A stretch of 61,616 nucleotides of DNA, the filler included, from Nemertoderma westbladi (Eukaryota > Animalia > Xenacoelomorpha): the NCBI GenBank assembly GCA_032718475.1. It is 3 parts of 3 records of this genome, joined end to end, with 100 filler letters (N's around TTAATTAATTAA, not from the genome) between each part and the next. Parts side by side here need not be neighbours in the genome. Positions count along the whole stretch, not along the records: positions 23,273 to 42,500 come from JAUCBJ010005765.1; 2 more parts are not named here. One strand, written 5' to 3'. Below the pieces are notes generated by a model. That model was not told the origin of the DNA, made no database searches, and saw only the letters and a program-made list of their open reading frames with translations. The position numbers and the translations under genes are program-made. Below, piece after piece: positions 25,538-35,900 of the stretch (position 1 is its first letter; each line of letters begins with the position of its first letter).

Positions 25538-26293
25538 ATGCCTAGCTATGAAAGATGTTTGGTTTGTAATAAAGAAATGAGACGAGACAGTATATCCCGT
25601 CATATGAGTATACATAGAAAGGAAGGTGTAATGGAACCATTACCAAAGAAATTAAAAAATAATGATGATATTTTTAGTGAAGAAGAAAACAAAAAGAGAG
25701 TTGAGAGTGATTTTCTAGAGATTAAACAAATGATGAAACATAAATTCGAGAAAATCATGAATATTTTGAAGAATATACAGAAACAGCCACATAGTGAAAA
25801 GGACGATGAGAGTGAGGAAGAGAATAAATCAGAGGAAAGTGAGAATGATGAAACGGAGAGTGAGATAGAGAAAGAAGAAAATGAGAGTGGTGGTGAAGAA
25901 AATGAGAGCGAGAAAGAAGTCGAGGAACATGAAAGTGGTGAGGATAATGACTCAGATAATGAGGAGATATTAAGACATGTATTAGGAAATAAAAATAAAT
26001 TGCAGAAGATAATTAGACAATTGAATGAAATGCAGAAACATTCGCATAAGGAGAGTGATAATGATGGAAATGAGAGTGATGGGGATGAATCGGAGGAGAG
26101 TAGCGATGACAGTGAGGAAGAATCAGAGGAGAGTAGCGATGACAGTGAGGAAGCATCAGAGGAGAATGACAATGAAAATGGACAGAAAATCAGAGTAGGG
26201 AATGGAAAAGTTATATCTCCAGCAACTGTTGTATATCCTAGGATTATGAACAGTAACAGTCGTACAGTTAATGTGAGACAGTGCAGAAGATAA
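25538..26293 (+). CDS. 251-aa protein: N-terminal C2H2 finger, NLS-like motif, long acidic Ser/Glu/Asp tracts
   Basis: CLVCNKEMRRDSISRHMSIH; PLPKKLK; ATG start, upstream TATA, AT-rich 3' region with ATTAAA. Confidence 0.7.
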   Translation: MPSYERCLVCNKEMRRDSISRHMSIHRKEGVMEPLPKKLKNNDDIFSEEENKKRVESDFLEIKQMMKHKFEKIMNILKNIQKQPHSEKDDESEEENKSEESENDETESEIEKEENESGGEENESEKEVEEHESGEDNDSDNEEILRHVLGNKNKLQKIIRQLNEMQKHSHKESDNDGNESDGDESEESSDDSEEESEESSDDSEEASEENDNENGQKIRVGNGKVISPATVVYPRIMNSNSRTVNVRQCRR

Positions 26294-26704
26294 TTAGACA
26301 ATTGAATGAAATGTTACAATGTGTTATAACTTATGTGTTACAATGTGTTATATCTTAAATGTTACTCTGCTATATGTATATGTATATGTGTTATGTTATA
26401 AATATATATTTCAATGTTGCTATATTAAAAATATGAAAATAGTCGACTATATTTCATTTTTCTTTTTCAACTTTGGATAAATAATATAGGGGTTAAACAA
26501 AGAACATCAAAACAGTTAAACAGTTACATTTAACATTTAGACAGTAAACAGTAACAGTAAACATTTACATGACCAGTTGCGGTGAATGGGGGCTTTTATA
26601 GAGGGAGGCTAGAATGGAGTTGTGAAAAAAGAATAATCTATTGTAAACCAGATGTTTCTTGAATTTTTCTCAGGCGTATTTAACAATAAAGTGGGTGAAG
26701 GTGA

Positions 26705-27222
26705 GGCTGTGGTTGTGGCTGTGGTTGTGGCTGTGGTTGTGGCTGTGGCTGTGGTTGTGGTTGTGGCTGTGGCTGTGGCTGTGGTTGTGGCTGTGGTTGT
26801 GGCTGTGGCTGTGGCTGTGGCTGTGGTTGTGGCTGTGGTTGTGGCTGTGGTTGTGGCTGTGGCTGTGGTTGTGGCTGTGGCTGTGGCTGTGGTTGTGGCT
26901 GTGGTTGTGGCTGTGGTTGTGGCTGTGGTTGTGGCTGTGGCTGTGGCTGTGGCTGTGGTTGTGGCTGTGGCTGTGGTTGTGGCTGTGGCTGTGGCTGTGG
27001 TTGTGGCTGTGGCTGTGGCTGTGGCTGTGGTTGTGGCTGTGGTTGTGGCTGTGGCTGTGGCTGTGGCTGTGGTTGTGGCTGTGGTTGTGGCTGTGGCTGT
27101 GGTTGTGGCTGTGGTTGTGGCTGTGGCTGTGGCTGTGGCTGTGGCTGTGGTTGTGGCTGTGGCTGTGGCTGTGGCTGTGGTTGTGGCTGTGGCTGTGGTT
27201 GTGGATGTGGCTGTGGTTGTGG
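26705..27222. repeat. (GGCTGT/GGTTGT)n hexamer array, right arm
   Basis: About 518 bp; reverse complement of the left array but with different length and variant order. Confidence 0.97.
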
Positions 27223-27934
27223 GGAGTGCCTCAGGTCTTAAATCAGAGTCTTACAAATTCGAACGTTAACGAACAAATTCAAACGTTGCTGTTCCACCTT
27301 GGTGTAGTGGTTGCTTTGAATTCACATCTCCCGCATGTCATGGGTTCAACCCTCACATGGACTTGACATGTGGTGTTTTGGGTAGGGCTTTGTTGTTGAG
27401 CTAATGCATGCGTAAACCGCTTCATAAAGTACAATATGAAAGAATGCAAACTATTGCAAGAGCAGATGTTTATTCTAATTTCTTGGATGAATTGATGTAA
27501 TAACGAAGCTATAGGTTTGAATAATTTAAACTCTATGGCAGGTCCCATTCACGCAGGCCCCATTCACGCATTGATGTTTGGGTTAGTCATGCTACAGTTA
27601 ATAAGAGCCTAACGACCGCAGATTATTGAGGGATGACTCGGGGCCAAACTGGGGCCACTTTATTTTTGTGTGAGGGTAATTTATGTTTTGGGCCTCGATT
27701 GCGTCTTTATATTTCATTGTAGAGTATAACTCAACAAGGGGTTCCATGGGATGCTTAATCCTTCACGCATGCCATACCAAAAACTATGGTTCTGTTTGAA
27801 ATGTTAAGGTGGACCTTTCTATATAAATAAAACCATGTAAAGTTAGATCATTATCTCTAAAAATATTAAGTGAGGTTTTTAAAAGTTTTTTAAAAAGTAT
27901 ATCTCAATAAATTTTGTTTTTGTCTTTTGTTACT

Positions 27935-28237
27935 ATGGAATATTTCATATGTCCTTATGATGCCACACACAGAATTCATTCAGAAAAATATGTTATGCAT
28001 TTAAGAAAATGTCGTAAGAACTTTTCGAATCAAAAAATGGTTCAGTGTCCTTTTCAACCCGCACACAGCTTTAGAGAAGCTGAAAAGGATCACCATTTGC
28101 GGTTTTGCGAATATAGGTCCAGGAACTCAATTTTTCATATATTAAAAGAACAGAAAAAAGAAGAGAAAAAAGAAGAGAAAGAAGAGAAGAAGGGAGAATG
28201 TTCAATGGCGTGGGGAGAAGAGGTGTGGGATTATTGA
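27935..28237 (+). CDS. GTSF1: GTSF1/Asterix-like tandem CHHC zinc-finger protein, 100 aa (right-arm copy)
   Basis: Same as the left copy except one T/M difference; TATATAAA at ~27820; intronless. Confidence 0.88.
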   Translation: MEYFICPYDATHRIHSEKYVMHLRKCRKNFSNQKMVQCPFQPAHSFREAEKDHHLRFCEYRSRNSIFHILKEQKKEEKKEEKEEKKGECSMAWGEEVWDY

Positions 28238-28808
28238 TCACATGGTGTTTGGGTAGGGGTTTGTCTTTGAGTTAATATGCGCGTGGACTGCTTCATAAAG
28301 TATAACGCAAAAGAATACAAACTATTGCAAGAGTAGATGATTATTCTAATTTCTTGGATGAATTGATGTAATAACGAAGCTATGGATTCAAAGGGATTAG
28401 TCAAACTGGGGCCACTTTATTTTTGTGTGAGGGTAATTTATGTTTTGGGTTTCGATTGTGTCTTTTTATTTAATTCTACCTTTACCTATTGTATGGCAAA
28501 AATAATACAAATGTATTGTATATTGTATTGTATATTTCGTTTGTTATAGTACAATTTATTCATCTCGCGTCCCTATCTGATTGATTTGTATCAAATTAAA
28601 TTGCCTTTGGCAACATTATTTGATACAAATCGATTGATTAAACAATTAATTAATTGTTTAATCGACCAATTAATTAATTGGTTAATTAATTAATGACCTA
28701 CTTAACACCCAAGGTGTGAAGTAGGTCCAATTGTCGCCAAGGATGGCAAACCATTACTACTATAAACATTGTACAGGGGAATCCTTCCGCAGTTGAATGT
28801 GGACGCCG

Positions 28809-29051
28809 TGTTAAAATATCCATAATGGCAGAATGGTCGCAGTTGCATTTCTCATATTATTGCTATATAATATATATAATAAGTACAAAAAGTTTACTTG
28901 AGACCGGTACACAGATGGTCCATAAAACAGCAGTATACTACTGCATACATCAATACATCACCCAACACCGAAATACTAAGTATCAATAAAAAGTAAGGGA
29001 ACTTAGATCATACTATCAGTTTGAACTCGTAATAGTACAATATTTACGACA
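28809..29051 (-). repeat. 3' LTR of BEL-2
   Basis: Matches 33644-33886; one mismatch seen (TATCAATAAAA vs TATCAAGAAAA). Confidence 0.95.
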
Positions 29052-29119
29052 CTCCCACGAAAGGAAATACTACCGGACCGGTGATGACTTTGTCTTGATT
29101 TAAATTTAATTTATTTCTA

Positions 29120-31580
29120 CTAACACAATCCTTCCGCTATTAATTTCTTAGCTCTCTCCGCAGCTTTTCTTTTAGGTCGTTGACATTCACGGTCATTAGT
29201 GGTATGTTTTGAAATGCGGGAATCAGAAGAGTTAGTATTCTTATTCATCACAGAGTTTGATTCAATACATCTCTCGTTTAATTCCAATGGAAACAACATG
29301 TTAATTGGTCGAGTTACTCGACTTACTTTTACCTTCCTTTTATTCTCGATAATGAATCTCACAACAGCGCTTCTAACTTCTTCATCATTACTGGTGTTCA
29401 AAGAATCAATAACTCCCAGTTTCCAACGTCCTCTTGGCCCATCATCCTTTATCAAAACAATATCTCCAATTTGTGGTTTATCTACCAACTGTCCCTTTAT
29501 ACCCTTATGGTCAGTTTGTGTTCGCTCTTGGAGACTATGTAAATATTCGTCATAGAAAGCTTTCCAGGCAGAATCAATATGTTCCTTTCCATGAGTCCAT
29601 GCACTAATCAAACTTTCCTTAAGTGTCGGAATGGCTGGTTGATAATTTGAATCTCTTAATACATCTTCATAGGATCCACATTCTAAAAATGCACCTAAGA
29701 AATCATTTGGACATAAAGTATACCCTGAGTCTATATCATTTCCTACATATAGCAGAGGTCGACTATTTATTATAGGTTCAATTTCTAATAACAGGCATTC
29801 AAGTTGCCTTATAGTCAAGCACGTCTTTCGTAGTAATTTCTTTAAGATCTTTTTTATCAAGCCAATAAGCCTTTCGTAAAAGCCACCCATCCAAGGGGAC
29901 ATTTCAGGGATAAATCGCCACTTTATGCCGTCACTTAACACAGCTTCCAATACAGATCGTGCCAGTTTAAATTGAGAAGCATTATCAGATATGAACATTG
30001 ATATCTTCCCTGATCTCGCTTTAAATCGCCTAAAACAAAATAAAAACTCTTCAGTTCCTTGGTCTCGAACTAATTCCAATCTAACACCTCGAGTAGCCAT
30101 GCATGTAAACAGACAAATCCAAATCTTTTGGACTTCGTTTGCATCGTTTCTTCCGAATAGTGGTCCCATATAATCCAATCCAGAATATTCAAAGGGAAGT
30201 GATCTCATAATACGCTCCTTTGGCAATGGAGCTATCGGAGGAAGTTTATATGATTGCCCATCTACCTTTTTACACATTATACATTTCAATAATATTGATC
30301 GAACAACAGATCTTCCATGTATTATCCAAAAATGTCTTCTAACTAAGGCCAAAGTATGTGATACACCAACATGGAAGTTTAATTTATGTACTCTTTCTAC
30401 CAATAATTTTGTAAACCATGATCTTTTCGGGAGTAATATCGGGAAACCATTTAATGGTTCAGCATAAGTGAATCGTCCCCTGCATCGAATAATATCATCA
30501 TCATCAATAAAACAACCTAATGCTCGCTTCAACTCGTTCGTCTCATTATGGTTAATTGCATGTATCATGTCGCCGAAATGTTGAATTTGTATAAGATGTA
30601 TTAGTTTTGTTTCTGCTAATTTAATTTCTTCAGAAACAATACAGTTCATAACAAGATCATTATTTATCTGCAAACGTTTAGATTTTGGAGTAATGAACCG
30701 TAAAATGTAAACCATTACCCGAATCGCATTTGACAGATTTGAGTATTTGTTTCCAAATTCTTCTAAGAATTTCCATTCAGAGTTCTCTCTATATTCTTGT
30801 TTTTTCTGAGGATGGGCAAGTAATGACATACTGTAAAACTCCTTTGCCGGTTTTGACGCCTCATCACATAGTTTAATATACTCGGGTGTTATTGGAGGAA
30901 GTTTTGTTGACTCCCACTCATTCGGGTCACATGAAAGCCACTCTGGCCCCTTCCACCAAATCTTATTGTCAATCAATTCGTCAATGGAACAACCTCGACT
31001 TGCAATATCTGAAGGGTTGTCCTTTGAAATAACATATCTGAATTCGTAACCAGTATTTCGAATATCATGTAGTCGTCTATCTACAAATGCCCCTATTTGC
31101 TTCTTAGATTTCAGCCAATAAAGTACACATAGTGAGTCAGAAAATATAATAGTATCAACAATCTGGATATTTCGAAGTTGATTTTTGCAGAAAGTTACAG
31201 CATTTGATGTTATCCACATGCCAAGAAGTTCAAGTCTTGGAATTGATGGTTGCTGTTTTGTTGATTGGTGTTTCTTTGGTTCTATCAGTCGACTTTTAGC
31301 AAACACCAACAGTGGTTCATAACATAATTTGTTACATTCATTTGCATATTCTTTCACCAGAAATACACATGTTGCATAAGCCTGGGCAGAAGCATCTCCA
31401 AATCCATATAATCGGTAGTTATTGGCAACAGCAGCATAGAAACTTCTATTTAGTTTTACCGCATTGATATTAACTATACTATCTAGTAATTTATTCCACT
31501 CTACTGACTGTGCAATCGAAAATCGTGCGTCCCAATCAAGTTTTTCTTTCCATAACCTTTGTAGAAACAGTTTTGTTTTT
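29120..31580 (-). pseudogene. pol: BEL RNase H plus integrase (745-aa ORF with a frameshifted upstream part)
   Basis: GFGDASAQAY, SIPRLELLG, FSDSLCVLYW, NPSDIASRG, GLDYMGP, FTCMATRGV, SDNASQF, GGFYERL. Confidence 0.93.
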
Positions 31581-31662
31581 GCTGTTAATCAACTGTTATT
31601 TCCGTAAGGTTAGCAGTAAAATTTTTTCACATTTTTATGCATTGTTACAACCGTTATTATAT

Positions 31663-31947
31663 TTACCTTGTTTGTATTTGTATTAATCTATTAATCTTAT
31701 CGGAAAATTCGATTTCACATCCAAATTTACGTAAACTTTTCTCATCAAAAACTTCATTTACTATTAAACATTGTGGTAGACTTAATGTAGAACATTCGGA
31801 ACAACTCCATTCAAACTCATCTGGTAGGTTATTGTACAAAGAATCGGGTAAAGAATTCGGATAATCGTCATTAACACATTTAACACACCAGAATTGTTTG
31901 CATAAATCGCAAATTATTGCCTTACTTTCGTTTGATATTTTTTTCAC
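31663..31947 (-). pseudogene. PHD-finger-like fragment, possibly the BEL Gag N-terminus
   Basis: IICDLCKQFWCVKCV...EWSCSEC. Confidence 0.6.
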
Positions 31948-32350
31948 ACACTATAAATCTATCCACGAACGATCCACAAACTGTTTCTGTCCGGAATGCG
32001 GAAAATCATTCAACCAACAATGTTCGGTAACTCGACACGTTAAAACAGTCCACGAGAATATCCGCATATATAGCTGCCCGATATGTGAGCGCCTGTTTAA
32101 GGAGCGGAGTCATATGAAGCAGCACGTTAAGTCTTTGCATCAGGGGGTGCGTTATTCTTGCCCTTTGTGCAATAAAGGCTTGACGACACGGAGTCACGTG
32201 ACGCAACACATACGGGAGGTCCACCAGGGTATTAGGCACGAGTGTAGTTGGTGCAATAGGACGTTTAATTCCTCAGCGAAACTCAAACAACACAATCGGG
32301 AAGTCCATGAGTATGATACTAAAGAAGATGTTAAGTTGTCTATGGTTTAG
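31946..32350 (+). CDS. C2H2 zinc-finger array fragment (4 complete fingers), 5'-truncated
   Basis: CPECGKSF..HVKTVH, CPIC..HVKSLH, CPLC..HIREVH, CSWC..HNREVH, then a stop. Confidence 0.85.
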   Translation, partial: THYKSIHERSTNCFCPECGKSFNQQCSVTRHVKTVHENIRIYSCPICERLFKERSHMKQHVKSLHQGVRYSCPLCNKGLTTRSHVTQHIREVHQGIRHECSWCNRTFNSSAKLKQHNREVHEYDTKEDVKLSMV

Positions 32351-32912
32351 ATTTTATGTTAGAAACAGATAAAACTAAATATAACGAAATAGGTACCAAA
32401 AAAATTATTAATATATATAATAGGTATGTATTCTGTACCGTTATGCCTACTGTTTAGTTTATTTAATAATTATTTGACCTCAAATTGTATTAACAGGGTA
32501 GTCAGTCTCAGTAGTACTATGTTTATTGCTGGAATAATAGTCACATAATACAGAAATTAAGGGTTTTACTAAAGTCCATATTCGTATACTGTAAAGGTAC
32601 GATAGCTATCGTATTTGTCTATCGTATTTGCGTCCCTGACCTTGGGTATGATTGGTTCATTCATTTAACCTAATGATTGGAATGCGGGCTTCACGGGTAC
32701 TCACTATTCTGGGGTACATCTTATTGGATTTACCGCTGCAGTGGCAGTGGTCAGTCGGTCTCGAGTAAATTTTCTTGAATGTTGAATATATCACATATAA
32801 ACATAGGCGAGAACATTTATGAGGTATTTGACTATTTTACAAAATATATACTTACTGGTTAGGTTACATTCATTTTTGCATATTCAATTTATTTATAATT
32901 TAAAACGATATG

Positions 32913-32968
32913 TACTACTACTACTACTACTAGGTCGAGCGAACTCGGACAGAGGAAATGAGATCCTT
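32913..32968 (-). mobile_element. Very short 3'-end insertion of RTE family A
   Basis: Matches 19595-19643 including the (TAG)n tail; TSD TAAAACGATAT at 32901-32911 and 32972-32982. Confidence 0.85.
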
Positions 32969-33224
32969 ATCTAAAACGATATATACTAATATTTAAAACA
33001 AGCATTAGCTGAGTAAAAGCAAGTAAAAATCGATATGACCTACCCTACTGTAAATCATAGTTGTAGCTTTGATGGAAATTACAAAATATGGTTACAAATA
33101 TAGTAATATAAGGATTATAACATATAATAATAAATATTATATATATATATATTATATTATAATATAACGATTGTAATAAATATAATAATATATAATGTAT
33201 TATTTTAATATATAAGATTTTGCA

Positions 33225-33485
33225 AGAGATCTACCCGACAACTATGAATTATGCTTAGGTCAATTAAAAGCTGTACATAAACGACTATTGAATGATAGAA
33301 AATTATTAGCTGATTATGATAATATTATAAAAGATCAAATATCGAAAGGGATTGTTGAAGAAGTTGAAATGAAAAAGGAAAATTCTACAAATTTGAAACA
33401 TTATATCCCACATCATGCTGTGGTTAAACCAGATAAGGAAACCACAAAGGTACGAATTGTTTACAATGCAAGTGCTAAAACAAAT
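33225..33485 (+). pseudogene. pol: BEL RT N-terminal fragment, inverted relative to its element
   Basis: LPDNYELCLGQL...YDNIIKDQISKGIVE...YIPHHAVVKPDKETTKVRIVYNASAK. Confidence 0.88.
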
Positions 33486-33643
33486 ACGTATGTAGTAGAT
33501 ACGCTGACCACAGCCCTAGCCACCGAACGATCTATCAGGCAGAAGCAAGAAGATACGCTGACCACTGCCCTAGCCACCGAACGATCTATCAGGCAGAAGC
33601 AAGAAGATACGCTGACCACTGCCCTAACCACGCTCTGCTACCA

Positions 33644-33886
33644 TGTTAAAATATCCATAATGGCAGAATGGTCGCAGTTGCATTTCTCATATTATTGCTA
33701 TATAATATATATAATAAGTACAAAAAGTTTACTTGAGACCGGTACACAGATGGTCCATAAAACAGCAGTATACTACTGCATACATCAATACATCACCCAA
33801 CACCGAAATACTAAGTATCAAGAAAAAGTAAGGGAACTTAGATCATACTATCAGTTTGAACTCGTAATAGTACAATATTTACGACA
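33644..33886 (-). repeat. 5' LTR of BEL-2
   Basis: Adjacent to the PBS and to 54-bp leader repeats (33497-33627). Confidence 0.95.
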
Positions 33887-34225
33887 CGCCGGCGTCGATG
33901 TGAGCAACAAAAGTGCAGACTGAAAACTGCACTAGTTTGCTCCAGTTACTCTAAATACTCTTACAAGAACCACTCCAAGAAAACAAGAGTTAAATCAATC
34001 ACCTGCGAGTCTTGTGGTCCGCAGCAGTAATTACAGTATGAATATGTAATAATATATATGTATATTATATTATTATTATATAATAATGAAAATATATTAT
34101 AATAATATAATATAATAATAATAAATAATATATTATATATTATTTATAATTTATTTTTTATTATATATTATTATATATATACTATATATTATATATACTA
34201 TATATACACTATATATATAATTATA

Positions 34226-35165
34226 TACCCACCCGGGTGGTCTGTCGCCAGTACACGGTGCCAGGCGGCAACGTTGGGCGCAAAGTGGTGGACATGCTCG
34301 CAAGCGAGGTGGAGAAGTTGACTGAGGGGGTCTACCCCTCGGAGAGACCCCTTTGTTTCCTTACCACGATGTTCCAGCGGGACCCTGATGTGGTGAAGGG
34401 GGCGGACATCCGGCGGACCATTCTGCGTCGACTCGGGATGTGGGAACGGGAGGAGTTCCGTCAGCTCATAGCTGAGGCGGAGCGCTGCAGCGCGAGATTC
34501 GCCCACTCCCTTCGCTCAGCCCCACCTAACATGGCCAGGACCTACAACCGGAAGATCCTGGCCGGGCAGAACCAGTCCACGGTCCGCCTCGTAACGGACC
34601 GGGACAGCGGTGGAGTGCTGGACCCCAAATCCCAGGCTGAGGGTCAGCCGGTCGGCGTAACCGTTCGCGACATCCTCGCCGCGAAACACCCGGCTAAGTT
34701 GGACGTCTCGCCAGATGCATTCAACCCGTGCGACGAGTTGCCCCCCTTCGAAGCGGTGGACATTACGGGGCAACTCGTCTTGAAGGAATCGCGGTACCTT
34801 GGTGGTAGCGCCAGGCCCATTGGTGGTGACGCCGAACTGTGGAGTGCCCTCCTCACCCACTACGAGGCGCACAGCTCCCGCCTCCGCGAGGCAGTCGCCG
34901 GGTTGGCTCGATGCCTCGCCAACTCGGAGGTCCCGTGGGGGGAAATCCGGGCGCTCCGAGCGTGCCGCCTCGTTGCTATCGACAAGGAGCCTAGCGTCCG
35001 GCCGATCAGGATCGGTGAAGTTCTGTACCGGCTCACCACAAACTGCCTCACCTCGGCCACTAAAATGGACTTTATAACTGAGTGTGGGGCGGACCAGCTC
35101 TGTGCGGGAGTGAAGGCTGGGATTGAAGGCGCGGTCCACGCGATGTCAGCGATGTTCGAGCAACC
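34226..35165 (+). mobile_element. CRE-like (RLE-type) non-LTR retrotransposon fragment, N-terminal half of RT
   Basis: RLVAIDKEPSVRPIRIGEVLYRL, QLCAGVKAGIEGAVHAM; homologous to the 42713-46921 ORF. Confidence 0.85.
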
Positions 35166-35167
35166 CT

Positions 35168-35900
35168 CCTTGACTCTCAGACGACTGAATGCTGCATTAT
35201 ATATAGGCCATCCATGACCTTTCACAGTATCAAACAACTCATCTATGGGTAATCGAGAATCCCGTTGTACACCAGAATATATCAAAAATCCAATGAATCC
35301 AGTTAACTCTTCCAGTGTAAATGGAGTAAAGGCAGGTGAGTTCCACAAACCCTCTTCATTTGAGTACTTCAGAACCACCGACATCAATGCAACATTGAAC
35401 AACAACTGGAATGCATGTATTGGTTCTACAATATTCAAATCTCGAACATGTCGGGGCAATCCTGAAAAAAATAAAATAAAACAAATTTAGACAATAGGCT
35501 ACTGCTACTGGTAGCCAACAAGTAGGGCATACCTAAATAACTTAAAATTAAAATTATTTGGATTGGATAGATCTTATAGATCTACAGATCTAGATAGCCT
35601 CAACTGATATTATCTGTCAGGCTAGACATCTATAGCCACATCGATCGGGTACAGGCTATATCAGTATATGGTATGCCCACCACAGCTCATACAAACAAAC
35701 TACTACAGCCTACTACTACCTACTACAGTACTACAACAAACAGGCAAACAAACCTGAAGATGAACAGCAAATATTTATCTCACGAGTCTTTCCTGTGGTT
35801 GGAGCCTTACTGGCCCACAAATCAGTCACCACAACTTTCTTATTTACAAGTTTGTGAAAGACGCCAGAAGGTACATGTAGAGGCGGTATTGGTACCGGTA
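35168..35900 (-). pseudogene. piggyBac transposase N-terminal fragment with one intron (35462-35753); upstream limit uncertain
   Basis: Spliced reading W..K.P..GKTREINICCSSSG/LPRH...PIHAFQLLF...TLEELTGFIGFLIYSGV...PIYNAAFSRLR resembles PGBD/DDE_Tnp_1_7; donor G|GTTTGT, acceptor TTTTTTCAG|. Confidence 0.75.

Larger units (their letters stand above)
23273..28761. mobile_element. Long inverted-repeat element, probably a non-autonomous Polinton/Maverick derivative
   Basis: Arms 23273-25413 and 26578-28573 are near-identical reverse complements. The right side continues through stacked palindromes to ...CCATTACTACT-3' (5'-AGTAGT on the minus strand). The inverted repeat is certain; the superfamily is inferred. 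Confidence 0.65.
28809..33886 (-). mobile_element. BEL/Pao LTR retrotransposon (BEL-2) with both LTRs and a rearranged interior
   Basis: 243-bp TG...CA LTRs; 5-bp TSD CGCCG (28804-28808, 33887-33891); PBS TGGTAGCAGAGCG (tRNA-iMet-like) at 33631-33643; GGGAG PPT at 29052-29056. Confidence 0.96.

Noticed and set aside
25600-26301. 233-aa Ser/Leu/Phe-rich antisense ORF
   Set aside because: Shadow of the purine-rich acidic ORF; no recognisable domain.
24518-27366. Long poly-WL, poly-VA and poly-CG ORFs
   Set aside because: They are translations of stop-free hexamer arrays.
23273-28573. GGG...CCC ends suggesting a PIF/Harbinger-type TIR
   Set aside because: The left GGG is just the contig start, and a better terminus lies at 28761.
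33288-33923. 211-aa ORF as a real gene
   Set aside because: Chimera of an inverted RT fragment, leader repeats and antisense LTR.
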